From: an uncultured Gammaproteobacteria bacterium
GTDB lineage: Bacteria > Pseudomonadota > Gammaproteobacteria > Steroidobacterales > Rariloculaceae
Assembly: GCA_963817615.1 (NCBI GenBank)
Contig: CAWFPH010000002.1
Location: 769,168 to 833,167 of the forward strand
Direction: 5' to 3'
Length of the DNA stretch: 64,000 nucleotides
Shown: positions 29,942 through 39,539 of the stretch, piece by piece
Numbering within the stretch: the first letter of the stretch is position 1
How the letters are laid out: every line of letters begins with the position of its first letter
Notes under the pieces: model-generated
Told to the model about the DNA's origin: nothing
Database searches by the model: none
Seen by the model: only the letters and a program-made list of their open reading frames with translations
Position numbers and translations under genes: made by a program

Positions 29942-32002
29942 TCACTCGCGAAGCTTGCGCAGCCGGTCGCGCAGCTTGTCCTGAAGCTCGCCGCGCTTCT
30001 CCTCGACGCGGTCGTTCACCTCGTTCGTGACGCGCGCGCGAACGATCGCGCCGAAGTCGGGCAGGATCGACGGCGCATCGAGCGTGCCCGTCGCGCGCAG
30101 CGGCACCGCCGCGCCGGCGTACTTCGCCATCGCGGGATCGGACTGCAACGTCGGTCCGTCGATGAAAGTGGCTTTGAGATCGAAATCGATCGCATTCGTC
30201 AGCAGATTCACGGTTCCCATCCCGGTGAGCGTCATGAAGTCGAGCTTGCCCGTGAGATCGCGATTCGTGAGCACGGCCTTCTCGACCATGCCGCTCGCAC
30301 TGAGCGAGGAGAACGTCGTGCGCGCCGGCCCCTCGGGCCGCGCCGGCACGTCGGTCTTGTCGAGCCGCGCACGAGCGCGCCGCAGCTCGTACCACAAGTC
30401 CAGCCCCTCGACGGAGCCGTTCGAGATCGTGAACGACACATCGCCGTCGAGCGCGCGGCGCATCTCGCCCAAGTTGGTGCCTGCCGTCGTGAGCTTGAGC
30501 TGCACGTTGCCGGCGCCCTTGATGTCCTCCGACCCGAGCAGGTCGCGGCCGAGCGGACCCAGGTCGACGCCTTCGAGCCGCTGCTCGACCGACATGCGCG
30601 CGCTCGTCGGCTCGACCACGAGGTCGATCGTGCCGCCGTACTTGCCTCCGTAGAGCGTGGCGCTCGGCGTCAGTTTCAGCGCGCCGTTCGCAGCCGACAG
30701 CGAGAACGCCGCGTCCGTCAGCGTCATGCCGGACAGCTTCGCCTTGCCGAACTTGAGGTCGCCGGCCGCGTTCAGCGCGCGTAGCGCCGCGAGCGGCAGA
30801 TCCACGGCATCGAGGGAGCCTTCGTCGCCGCCGCCCGCGCCGTCGGCCGGCGGCAGATAGCGATCGATGTCGATCGAGTCGACGGCGAGCGCATAGGACA
30901 GCCGCTTGCCCTCGAGACCGATGCGCCCCGTGAGCTTCGAGTCGTCGAGCGCGAGCTGCATGTCCTTCAGGCCAATCTGCGTCGGGGAGTAGGAAAAGTT
31001 CGCTTTTGCGGTCGCGCGCTTGAGCGCCGTGGAATCGGCCGTGGTGAGCTCAACGTGCAGCGCGTCGAGCACGTCGTGCGGCTTGAACTCGCGGATGTCT
31101 ACGGCGCCGGTGAGCGACAGGTTGCCGAGCAGATGCTGGCCGGACAGCGACCCGACAACGGTTACACCGAGCATTTGCAGCGTCAGGCCACTTAGCTCGA
31201 GCGTCTGCTGGCCGAGGTCCGCCGCAAGCGAGTCGAACGCGAGCTGCGCCTTCCCCTGACCGCCCGGCCAGCCCGCCCCGCTACCGTCGATGTCGACCGC
31301 GAGCTTGTCGAGGCGATAGCGATCGTTGGCCAGGTCGATGGTCGCCTGCGACCGCGCATCCAGGCGCACGGCGACATCGGCGCCACGCAACGCGAAGCGG
31401 GTATGCAGCGGGAATGCGCGGCCCGACCCGAAACCGTCGGCGTCGAGTCTGAAGTCCGTGAGCTCCCAGCGGCTGCCGGTGGCTGCATCGCTCCAGGTCA
31501 CGCGCGCGTCGCTGACCGAGACCGCGCCGATCCCGAGATCGAACGCCTTTCCGCTCGAGGTTGGCGTATTGGCGGCGGACGGCGCGCCGGTCGTGCCTGC
31601 GCCGCCCAGATCTTGCCAGTTGTTCCGGCCGCGCGCGTCGCGCGCGAGGTTCAACTCGAGACCGTGCAAGCTCGCTTCGCGGATCTCGACGTTGCCCGCA
31701 AGGAGCGGCCAAAGCGCGAGCTTGAGCTCCGCGCTGCCGATCTTGGCCATCGGTTGGCTGCCGAAGCCCGGGGCATTGCTCAACGACGCCGCGCCGGCGG
31801 CGATCCGGATCGACGGGAAGACCGCGAGCTCGAGCTTGCCGTCGAGCGTGAGATTGCGGCCCGTCGCTCGCGACACCGCGGCTTCGATCTGGTCCTTGTA
31901 GTCGTTCGGGTCGAACAGCAGCGCAATCGCCGCGACGGCGAGCGCGACGAGCACTACGACCGCGCCGACGACGATGCCGAGCAGCTTGAGGATGCGATTC
32001 AT
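29942..32002 (-). CDS. AsmA-family outer-membrane biogenesis protein
   Basis: 686 aa with an N-terminal TM anchor (ILKLLGIVVGAVVVLVALAVAAIALLF), then DPNDYKDQIEAAVSRATGRNLTLDGKLELAVFPS, typical of AsmA-family proteins. Confidence 0.85.
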   Translation of the reverse strand: MNRILKLLGIVVGAVVVLVALAVAAIALLFDPNDYKDQIEAAVSRATGRNLTLDGKLELAVFPSIRIAAGAASLSNAPGFGSQPMAKIGSAELKLALWPLLAGNVEIREASLHGLELNLARDARGRNNWQDLGGAGTTGAPSAANTPTSSGKAFDLGIGAVSVSDARVTWSDAATGSRWELTDFRLDADGFGSGRAFPLHTRFALRGADVAVRLDARSQATIDLANDRYRLDKLAVDIDGSGAGWPGGQGKAQLAFDSLAADLGQQTLELSGLTLQMLGVTVVGSLSGQHLLGNLSLTGAVDIREFKPHDVLDALHVELTTADSTALKRATAKANFSYSPTQIGLKDMQLALDDSKLTGRIGLEGKRLSYALAVDSIDIDRYLPPADGAGGGDEGSLDAVDLPLAALRALNAAGDLKFGKAKLSGMTLTDAAFSLSAANGALKLTPSATLYGGKYGGTIDLVVEPTSARMSVEQRLEGVDLGPLGRDLLGSEDIKGAGNVQLKLTTAGTNLGEMRRALDGDVSFTISNGSVEGLDLWYELRRARARLDKTDVPARPEGPARTTFSSLSASGMVEKAVLTNRDLTGKLDFMTLTGMGTVNLLTNAIDFDLKATFIDGPTLQSDPAMAKYAGAAVPLRATGTLDAPSILPDFGAIVRARVTNEVNDRVEEKRGELQDKLRDRLRKLRE

Positions 32003-32125
32003 CGGAAAGGTCCTCTCGTCAGCATCGAGAGGACCATCCTAGCAACCTATGCGGTGTCCTGGGAGGCCGAATCGATCCGGCCAACGCTACGGTGCCGAGC
32101 GCAAGCCCCGAGCGCTCGCGGCTTT

Positions 32126-33325
32126 CTAGACGACGGCTTGCGGGCGGGGCTTCACTGCGAAGCGGCCATTCCAATCCGCGACGACGGCCGCGAGCTCCTT
32201 AGGGCGCATCGCCGCGCCGATGTAGTGACCCTGCACCTTGTCGCAGTGCATCGTCTCGAGCAGGCGCAGCGTCGCCTCGTCCTCGACGCCCTCGGCGCAT
32301 GCGCGCATCTTGAGCTTGTGCGTAAGGTAGATCAGACCTTCGACGAGCGCGCGCGCGTCCTCTCGCAAACGCATGTCGTTCGTGAACTGATTGTCGAGCT
32401 TCACCTCGCTGAACGGCATCTTGTAGAGATGCGTGAGCGAGGAGGCGCCCGTGCCGAAGTCGTCCAGGCACAGATTGATGTTCTTCACACGTAGACGCGC
32501 GAGGATGTCGAGCGCGACGGCGGGGTCCGCCATCGCCGCCGTCTCGGTGAGCTCGAGCGTGACCATCGACGGGTCGAGATTGTTCTCGCGAATCAACGTG
32601 AGCAGCCGATCCGGGAAGCGCAAGTCGCCCAGGAACTGCGCGGAGAGGTTGACACCGAGCTCCATGTACAGCCCGTTCGCGAACCAGACGCGCGCCTGCT
32701 CCATCGAGGCGCGGAACACGAAATCCGTGATCTCGGTGATGAGCCCGCTTTCCTCGGCGAGGCCGATGAATTCCTTCGGGTAGAGCAGCCCGTACTCCGG
32801 GTGCTCCCAGCGCACGAGCGCCTCTGCGCCCTCGATGATCCAACGGCCCGGGCTCTTGAAGGTTGCCTTCGGCAAGTAGTGGACCACGAATTGGCCTTGC
32901 TCGAGCCCCTGGCGCAAGTGGTTCGGGGTGATGACTTTGCGCTGCGATTTGAGGCGCACCAGCAGCACCTCGAGCTCATCGAGCGCGATCGGCTTGCAGA
33001 ACGATCCGGCGATGTCGACGCCCATCGAAATGCCGAGCTCCGATGCCGTCGTCAGCACGCGGCTGTCGAGGCCGCTCGCGATCAGCACCTTCGGACTCTG
33101 GCCAAGCGTCGACAATTCCCGCAGCAGCTCTATGCCGTCGCGCCCCGGCATCTGCAGATCGAGGAGGATGACGGTCGGCGAGAAGCCGAGCACCGTCGCC
33201 GCGAACTGCATCGGATCGTTGAGCACCTGGACCGAGAACCCGAGATCCTCACCGACTTGGCCGAAGAACGCGCCGACATCGATGTCGTCGTCCATCACAA
33301 GCAGGCGGTTTTCGTTTGCATCCAT
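32126..33325 (-). CDS. response-regulator receiver + EAL (c-di-GMP phosphodiesterase) protein
   Basis: Start at ATG 33325. REC domain: LLVMDDD...ILLDLQMPGRDG...CKP. EAL domain motifs: EALVRW, ELTETA, DDFGTGASSL, EVKLD, EGVEDE, QGHY. Confidence 0.85.
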   Translation of the reverse strand: MDANENRLLVMDDDIDVGAFFGQVGEDLGFSVQVLNDPMQFAATVLGFSPTVILLDLQMPGRDGIELLRELSTLGQSPKVLIASGLDSRVLTTASELGISMGVDIAGSFCKPIALDELEVLLVRLKSQRKVITPNHLRQGLEQGQFVVHYLPKATFKSPGRWIIEGAEALVRWEHPEYGLLYPKEFIGLAEESGLITEITDFVFRASMEQARVWFANGLYMELGVNLSAQFLGDLRFPDRLLTLIRENNLDPSMVTLELTETAAMADPAVALDILARLRVKNINLCLDDFGTGASSLTHLYKMPFSEVKLDNQFTNDMRLREDARALVEGLIYLTHKLKMRACAEGVEDEATLRLLETMHCDKVQGHYIGAAMRPKELAAVVADWNGRFAVKPRPQAVV

Positions 33326-33341
33326 CGTCGAATCCCTTCGT

Positions 33342-34544
33342 CTAGACGATTGCGTGCGGCAGATTCGTGAACGAAGCCGGGCGCTCGCGGTTCCAGCGGT
33401 TGACGAGGCTCGGAATCTCGCCGGCGGGCACGGCCCGGCTGATGAAGAAGCCTTGGCAACGATCGCAGCCCATGATGGCCAGCAGGTCGAGCGCGGCACG
33501 GTTCTCCACGCCCTCGGCGCAAATCTTCAGACCGAGGTTGTGGCCGAGCTCCACCAACGAGCCGACCATCGTGTTCGCTTCGCGGCTGTGCGGGATGTTC
33601 GTCACGAGACTCTTGTCGATCTTCATCTCGTTGAACGGCATCTGATAGAGCTGCGTAAGCGAGGAGTAACCGGTGCCGAAGTCGTCGAGCGACAGTCCCA
33701 CGCGCTTCACGCGCAGCCGCGTAAGGATGTCCATCGTGACGGTCGGATTTTGCATCGTCGCGGTCTCGGTGATCTCGAGAGCCAGCTGACTCCCGTCGAG
33801 ATGATGCTTCGCGAGCAGCTCGGCCACGCGATCCGGGAAGCTCAGATCCGTCACGAGTGTCGGCGGCAGGTTGACCGCGCAGCTGAGCCTGAGCCCCTGC
33901 TCGTTCCAGTCGGCCATTTGGGCGAGCGCCGCACCGAGCACGGCGCTCGTAAGATCGCCTATCACGCCGGTTCGCTCGGCCAGTGGCACGAACTCGTCGG
34001 GCATGACGATACCGAGCCGCGGGTGCTGCCAGCGCGCGAGCGCCTCCACGCCGTCGATTACCCAGCCATGCTCGACGAGACTCGCCTTCGGCTGGTAGTA
34101 CGGCACGATCTCGCCGGCCGTCACGCCGCGCCGCAGATCGGCGGCGTTGAGGTCGCGGTCCTGGTTGAGGACCGCCACGAGCTTCGTCTGCAGATCTCCC
34201 GCGAGCAACGGCTTCGTCAGCGTGCCGCACATCGCGAGTCCGCGGCTCATGCCGATCTCGTGAGCAGTCGCGAGCACCCGCTCGTCGACGCCGCTCATCA
34301 GCACCACGTGAGCCGTGCAATCGCGCGCCTCGAGCAAGCGCAGCAGCTCCACGCCGTCGCTGTCCGGCAAATGCAGATCCATCAGGATCATCGTCGGGCG
34401 AAAGGAATCGACGAGACGGGGGAACTCCGACGCGCTCGAAGTGCTCGCGACCGCGTAGTCGTAACGCGCCGCGACCTGCGAAATAAAATCGACGACGGCG
34501 GGCTCGTCGTCCACTATCAGCAGTCGATTGACGTTGTCGGCCAT
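33342..34544 (-). CDS. response-regulator receiver + EAL (c-di-GMP phosphodiesterase) protein, paralogue of the downstream gene
   Basis: REC domain: LLIVDDE...ILMDLHLPDSDG...TKP. EAL domain motifs: EALARW, EITETA, DDFGTGYSSL, EMKID, EGVENR, QGFF. It is colinear with the 32126-33325 product. Confidence 0.85.
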   Translation of the reverse strand: MADNVNRLLIVDDEPAVVDFISQVAARYDYAVASTSSASEFPRLVDSFRPTMILMDLHLPDSDGVELLRLLEARDCTAHVVLMSGVDERVLATAHEIGMSRGLAMCGTLTKPLLAGDLQTKLVAVLNQDRDLNAADLRRGVTAGEIVPYYQPKASLVEHGWVIDGVEALARWQHPRLGIVMPDEFVPLAERTGVIGDLTSAVLGAALAQMADWNEQGLRLSCAVNLPPTLVTDLSFPDRVAELLAKHHLDGSQLALEITETATMQNPTVTMDILTRLRVKRVGLSLDDFGTGYSSLTQLYQMPFNEMKIDKSLVTNIPHSREANTMVGSLVELGHNLGLKICAEGVENRAALDLLAIMGCDRCQGFFISRAVPAGEIPSLVNRWNRERPASFTNLPHAIV

Positions 34545-34685
34545 TTACGGCAAGACCCGATCGCTCGTTTAGGCAAGCCAGTGCATGCAGCGGACCGCAG
34601 CGTGCCGCCGGCTCGTTAGCGCATCTATCGACCGCCGCTCATTTTTCTTTACTTATGCTGTCGGCGGGGCGTTATGTAAAAGCCG

Positions 34686-35351
34686 TTAGTGGTGGCCCGA
34701 GTACCAGTTGACCGCGAATTGGACGAGCTGCGGCGCCGTGTGCAGGTTGAGCTTCTTCTTGATCCGCTGGCGGTGCGACTCGACGGTTTTCACGCTCAGA
34801 TTCAGGGTCTCCGCGATCTCGCGGGTCGTCTTGCCGCGTCCGATCAGGTTCAGCACCTGCAGCTCGCGGTTGCTCAGCCGATCGATCGGGTCGGCGCTCT
34901 GGACGCGGCCCGACACGGCAAACCGCTCGATCATGCTCGCGCCTACACGGTCGCTCACGTAGATTCCGCCGGCGAGCACACGCCGTAACGCGACCAGCAG
35001 CTGGTCGGCCGCGGCCTGCTTCATGATGTAGCCGTTGGCTCCTGCGCTGAGCAGCCGCTCGGCATAAATGCTCTCGTCGTGCATGGACAAGATCAGCACG
35101 GGAAGCTGCTGGTACTTGCTGCGGATATCCTTGACGAGCTCGAGGCCGTCGCTGTCGCGCAGCGAGAGGTCGAGAATCACGACATCGGGCACGATCTTGC
35201 TGAGCGTTGCGCGCGCCTCCTTGACGTCCGCCGCCTCGCCACAGACCTTGAGGTCCGGCTCCTGCTCGATCAGCTGCACGAGCCCCTGGCGAACGATCGG
35301 GTGATCGTCCACTACGAAAACATTGCGCTGCCTACCCGTCGACTCCGTCAT
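34686..35351 (-). CDS. NarL/FixJ-type response regulator (REC + LuxR HTH)
   Basis: VFVVDDHPIVRQGL...VILDLSLRDSDG...LSNRELQVLNLIGRGKTTREIAETLNLSVKTVESHRQRIKKKL. Confidence 0.9.
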   Translation of the reverse strand: MTESTGRQRNVFVVDDHPIVRQGLVQLIEQEPDLKVCGEAADVKEARATLSKIVPDVVILDLSLRDSDGLELVKDIRSKYQQLPVLILSMHDESIYAERLLSAGANGYIMKQAAADQLLVALRRVLAGGIYVSDRVGASMIERFAVSGRVQSADPIDRLSNRELQVLNLIGRGKTTREIAETLNLSVKTVESHRQRIKKKLNLHTAPQLVQFAVNWYSGHH

Positions 35352-35639
35352 GGTTGCCTCCCTTCAAGTCTCCGCGCATCTGCGCGGCGCACGAACAACG
35401 CAGGGCCATCCTGCGGGCGCCCGCGCTTCGATCTCGCGAAGTCTCGATGATACCGGCAAGCCTCGCACAAGCGCCCGCGTCGTCACGATACACCCGTTCC
35501 ACGAGGTCGCGGACCGCACGCAATCGTTCGGTCAGTGTGCGACTCTCGGCGAGGCTGCAATCGACGGCGGTCCGGCCATTTGCGGGCGGCAACGCCACAT
35601 AGGCGCGTTCGTTTGCAGCGCTATTCGGGAAGAGCCGCA

Positions 35640-35713
35640 TGGAGCGGGTGATGGGAATCGAACCCACGTCATCAGCTTGGGAAGCTGAGGTTCTACCATT
35701 GAACTACACCCGC
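35640..35713 (-). tRNA. tRNA-Gly (anticodon CCC)
   Basis: The reverse complement reads GCGGGTGTAGTTCAATGGTAGAACCTCAGCTTCCCAAGCTGATGACGTGGGTTCGATTCCCATCACCCGCTCCA, with anticodon loop UUCCCAA. Confidence 0.95.
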
Positions 35714-35767
35714 GGCGCAATCAAGTATAGCCTGCGGTCCACGCCGTTTGACCAGCTCCGCTCGCCC

Positions 35768-36484
35768 ATGGAAAGCACGCCCGTACCCGGCACGCACCGG
35801 CGCAAGATCCGCAGCTTCGTGCGACGCCCCGGTCGCATCACGCCTGCGCAGCGACGCGCGCTCGACGAATTGCTGCCGCGTTTTGCACTCGCCGGCGACG
35901 CCATGCTCGATCTCGATGCCGCCTATGGGCGTGCCGCACGGCGCGTGCTCGAGATCGGTTTCGGCGACGGCGAGGCGCTCGTCACCTGTGCGGCGAACGA
36001 GCCCTCGATCGATTATCTCGGCATCGAGGTCCACGAGCCGGGGATCGGCCATTGCCTGTTGCTGATCGAGCGTGCCCGTGTCACCAACGTGCGGCTCATC
36101 GCCGGCGATGCCGCCGAGGTCGTCCGCACGGCGCTCCGCGGGGAGAGCTGCGACGCAGTGAAGCTGCTGTTTCCGGATCCGTGGCCGAAGAAACGCCATC
36201 ACAAGCGCAGGCTCGTCCAGCCCCTGTTCCTTGCGGAGCTCGTTCGCGTCTTGCGGCCCGGCGGTCTGCTGCATCTTGCAACCGACTGGGCGGAGTACGC
36301 CGAGCACATGCGTGCGACGCTCGCGGCGGAGCCGCGGCTTCGCTCGGCCGAGGCGCACGAGTGCGTCGAAAGCCCGCTGGCGTTTCGTCCGCCGACCAAA
36401 TTCGAACGCCGCGGCCGGCGCCTGGGGCACGATGTCGTCGATCTCTACTACCTGAAGACCGGCAACCAACCGCTCGGCGACTGA
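35768..36484 (+). CDS. trmB: tRNA (guanine-N7)-methyltransferase
   Basis: Start at ATG 35768. IRSFVRRPGRITPAQRRAL, LEIGFGDGEAL, GIEVHEPG and FPDPWPKKRHHKRR match TrmB. Confidence 0.9.
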   Translation: MESTPVPGTHRRKIRSFVRRPGRITPAQRRALDELLPRFALAGDAMLDLDAAYGRAARRVLEIGFGDGEALVTCAANEPSIDYLGIEVHEPGIGHCLLLIERARVTNVRLIAGDAAEVVRTALRGESCDAVKLLFPDPWPKKRHHKRRLVQPLFLAELVRVLRPGGLLHLATDWAEYAEHMRATLAAEPRLRSAEAHECVESPLAFRPPTKFERRGRRLGHDVVDLYYLKTGNQPLGD

Positions 36485-36499
36485 GCGTCACGACGTCAT

Positions 36500-37903
36500 C
36501 TAGGACGACGAACGGCTCGGGGCTCTCGACGTCGCGGCCGTTCCCATCGAGACGTCGACCAATCCCAAGCGCAGCATGAGCCAGAACAGCAAGATTCCCG
36601 GCACCGCAACGACGGTGGTCAGCAAGTAGAAATCCACATAGCCGAAACGTTCGATCAGCGCCCCTGCAGTCGTTCCCGTCAGCACACGGCCGACGACGCT
36701 CCCGGCGGCGGTAAGCAACGCGAACTGCGCAGCCGTATAGCGCAGATCGCAGAGCGCCGAGAAATACGCGACGACGGCCACGCCGCCGATACCACTCGCG
36801 AGGTTCTCGAAACCGATGGAGCCCGCCATTGCCCAGTTCGATTTGCCGAGCGCGGCAAGCCCCGCGAAGCTCAGATTCGATACGGCCATGAGCCAGAGGC
36901 TGACCAGCACCGAACGCTTCATACCGAGCCGCACGTACAGGATGCCGCCGATGAAGATGCCGGTCAGATAACCCCAGAAGCCGAAACCGACGTCGAAAAT
37001 GGCGATCTCGTTGTTCGTGTAGCCGAGATCGTCGAACAGCAGGCGAAACGTGAGGTTCGCGAGCGTGTCACCCACCTTGTGAACGAGCACGAACAGCAGC
37101 AAGAGCAGCGCGCCCTTGCGCCGGAAGAACTCGGCGAGCGGTCCGAGCACCGATTGCGCGATCGCCGCGAGACCGGGTCGGGCGGCCAGATCGCGGTGCC
37201 GCGGCGGCTCACCGAGGATCAACCCCACGGCCATCGCCGGCACCGCAAACACCGCGCAAGCCGCGTATGCGCTTTGCCATCCGCCAGCGCTCGCGATGAC
37301 GAGCGCGAGCGCACCCGCGGCGACGGAGCCGATTCGCCAGCCGTACTGCGACATGCCGGAGCCCACGCCGAGCTGGCTCGGCTGGAGCGACTCGATTCGG
37401 TACGCGTCGATCACGATGTCGAACGTGGCGCCGGCGACCGCGAGGAGGATCGCAGCGCCCGCCGCGGCCGCGAGGCTGGTTGCGGGATTGACGAGAGCCA
37501 AATTCACGATCGCCGCGATCACGAGCACGCCGGCGAGCAGAAGCCACGAAACGCGTTGTCCCAAGCGGCCGATGATCGGCAATCGCACGCCGTCCACTGC
37601 CCAGGCCCAAACCCACTTCAGGTTGTAGACGAGGAAGGCCAACGAAAACGCCGTGATCGCACTCTTCTCGATGCCGTCTTGCGCAAGCCTGGTCGTGAGC
37701 GTCGCTCCGATCAGCGCGTAGGGAGCACCGGATGAGACGCCGAGACACAGCGCCGCGATGGGCGCCACTTCGGTGTACTGCCGAACACTCGCGGGCAGGT
37801 GTGCTCGCCATCCGGGCGTCGTCGTCGAGGGCTGCACTTCGCTCAAAGGTTTGACTCCGCGACGCCATGGCGCCGCAGCGATGATGCCGAACGCGCGGCA
37901 CAC
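36500..37903 (-). CDS. ampG: AmpG-family muropeptide MFS transporter
   Basis: Multi-span MFS protein with LGVSSGAPYALIGATLTTRLAQDGIEKSAITAFSL..YNLKWVWAWAVD, as in AmpG. The start codon is uncertain. Confidence 0.8.
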   Translation of the reverse strand: MCRAFGIIAAAPWRRGVKPLSEVQPSTTTPGWRAHLPASVRQYTEVAPIAALCLGVSSGAPYALIGATLTTRLAQDGIEKSAITAFSLAFLVYNLKWVWAWAVDGVRLPIIGRLGQRVSWLLLAGVLVIAAIVNLALVNPATSLAAAAGAAILLAVAGATFDIVIDAYRIESLQPSQLGVGSGMSQYGWRIGSVAAGALALVIASAGGWQSAYAACAVFAVPAMAVGLILGEPPRHRDLAARPGLAAIAQSVLGPLAEFFRRKGALLLLLFVLVHKVGDTLANLTFRLLFDDLGYTNNEIAIFDVGFGFWGYLTGIFIGGILYVRLGMKRSVLVSLWLMAVSNLSFAGLAALGKSNWAMAGSIGFENLASGIGGVAVVAYFSALCDLRYTAAQFALLTAAGSVVGRVLTGTTAGALIERFGYVDFYLLTTVVAVPGILLFWLMLRLGLVDVSMGTAATSRAPSRSSS

Positions 37904-37934
37904 CTAACAACCGCGCGGTGTAGGCGCAGGCTCG

Positions 37935-38726
37935 TCAGAGGTGCCAGTCGTAGTCGATCGTGAGCGGCGCGTGATCCGAGAAACGGCGGCGCTTATAGAT
38001 TGCGGCCGCCCGCACGACTTCCCGCAAAGCCGGGCTGACAACCTGATAATCGATGCGCCAGCCCACGTTCTTGTCCCAAGCCCGGCCGCGATTCGACCAC
38101 CACGTGTATTGCCCTTCTCCGGCGTTCACCGCGCGGAACGCATCGACGAAGCCGCGACCGTCGAACAACGTGTCGAGCCAGGCGCGCTCCGGCGGCGTGA
38201 ACCCGGGGTAGTCTCGGTTCGCTCGCCAATTCCTGAGGTCGATGTTCTTGTGCGCCATGTTGAAGTCGCCGCAAAAGATGAACGGCACACGATGCCGCTC
38301 GAGCGCTGCAAGACGCCGATCGAACGCCTCTAGGAAGCGGAATTTCGCCGCTTGTCGAGCGGGTCCCGCGGACCCCGAGGGAAAGTAAGCGCTCACGACC
38401 GCGATCGAGTCGAAATGCGCCTCGAGGTAGCGGCCTTCGGCGTCGAACTCCGTGACGCCGAGGCCTGTCACGACGTCCAAGGGCTCGCGACGCGAATAGA
38501 TCGCGACGCCGCTGTACCCGGGGCGCTGCGCCGCGACGAGCAAGCGATGGAAGCCGCGCGCGGCGAATACCTTGTCCTCGAGCTGGTGCGGCTGTGCTTT
38601 CAGCTCTTGCACGCAGAGCACGTCGGCGCGCTGCCGAGAGAACCAGTGGAAGAAGCCCTTGCGCGCAGCGCTGCGCAAACCGTTCGCATTGAAGCTGATG
38701 ACACGCACCCAAAAAACCGGCCGCAC
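37935..38726 (-). CDS. xthA: exodeoxyribonuclease III
   Basis: VISFNANGLRSA...DVLCVQELK...GYSGVAIYSR...GDFNMAH...WWSNRGRAWDKNVGWRIDY...SDHAPL. The start is GTG 38726 or 38708. Confidence 0.9.
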   Translation of the reverse strand: MRPVFWVRVISFNANGLRSAARKGFFHWFSRQRADVLCVQELKAQPHQLEDKVFAARGFHRLLVAAQRPGYSGVAIYSRREPLDVVTGLGVTEFDAEGRYLEAHFDSIAVVSAYFPSGSAGPARQAAKFRFLEAFDRRLAALERHRVPFIFCGDFNMAHKNIDLRNWRANRDYPGFTPPERAWLDTLFDGRGFVDAFRAVNAGEGQYTWWSNRGRAWDKNVGWRIDYQVVSPALREVVRAAAIYKRRRFSDHAPLTIDYDWHL

Positions 38727-38773
38727 AGAAATGAAGCGCTGTAATATACCGAAACCGTTCCGGACGATAGACC

Positions 38774-39430
38774 ATGCAGGCCTACAAGACCGAGTTTCTG
38801 GAACTGGCGCTCGAGCTCGGAGTGCTCCGCTTCGGCGAGTTCACGCTGAAGTCGGGTCGAGTCAGCCCGTATTTCTTCAACGCGGGTCTGTTCAACAGCG
38901 GCTACGCTGCGGCCAAGCTCGGCCGCTGCTACGCGGCAGCGGTCGCGTCTCTCGATGTCGAATTCGACATGCTGTTCGGGCCCGCGTACAAGGGCATTCC
39001 GCTCGTTTGCCTTGCCGCCGCGGCGCTCGCCGAGCGTCACGACGAGGACTACCCGTTCGCTTTCAACCGCAAGGAAACCAAGGATCACGGCGAGGGCGGC
39101 AATCTCATCGGCGCGCCCCTCGCGGGCCGCGTGCTGATCCTCGACGACGTGATCACGGCGGGCACCGCGATTCGAGAGGTGCTCGATTTGATTCGCGCCG
39201 CGGGCGCCACGCCGGCGGGCGTGCTGGTCGCGCTCGACCGCGAGGAGGTCGGGCCGAAGAGTCGCGTGTCGGCCGTGAAGCAGCTGGAAGGCGAGCTCGG
39301 CGTGCCGATCCGCAGCATCGTCTCGCTTTCGGACCTCATCGACCATCTCGAGGAGGACAAAGAGTTCGCGCACCACTTGGCGGCCGTGCGAGCCTACCGC
39401 AATCGCTACGGCGCACCACTCGAGGGTTGA
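38774..39430 (+). CDS. pyrE: orotate phosphoribosyltransferase
   Basis: [21 protein letters not shown]...GPAYKGIPL...[16 protein letters not shown]. Confidence 0.95.
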   Translation: MQAYKTEFLELALELGVLRFGEFTLKSGRVSPYFFNAGLFNSGYAAAKLGRCYAAAVASLDVEFDMLFGPAYKGIPLVCLAAAALAERHDEDYPFAFNRKETKDHGEGGNLIGAPLAGRVLILDDVITAGTAIREVLDLIRAAGATPAGVLVALDREEVGPKSRVSAVKQLEGELGVPIRSIVSLSDLIDHLEEDKEFAHHLAAVRAYRNRYGAPLEG

Positions 39431-39539
39431 CCTCGGGTTGGACTGAGAGGTCCGTTGCAAAATTCGCCGCACCGAGCTTCCCCGGCGAACGAAATTTGGT
39501 ATATGTAGGGACCGATCGGGACCCGAGCTTTACATAACC

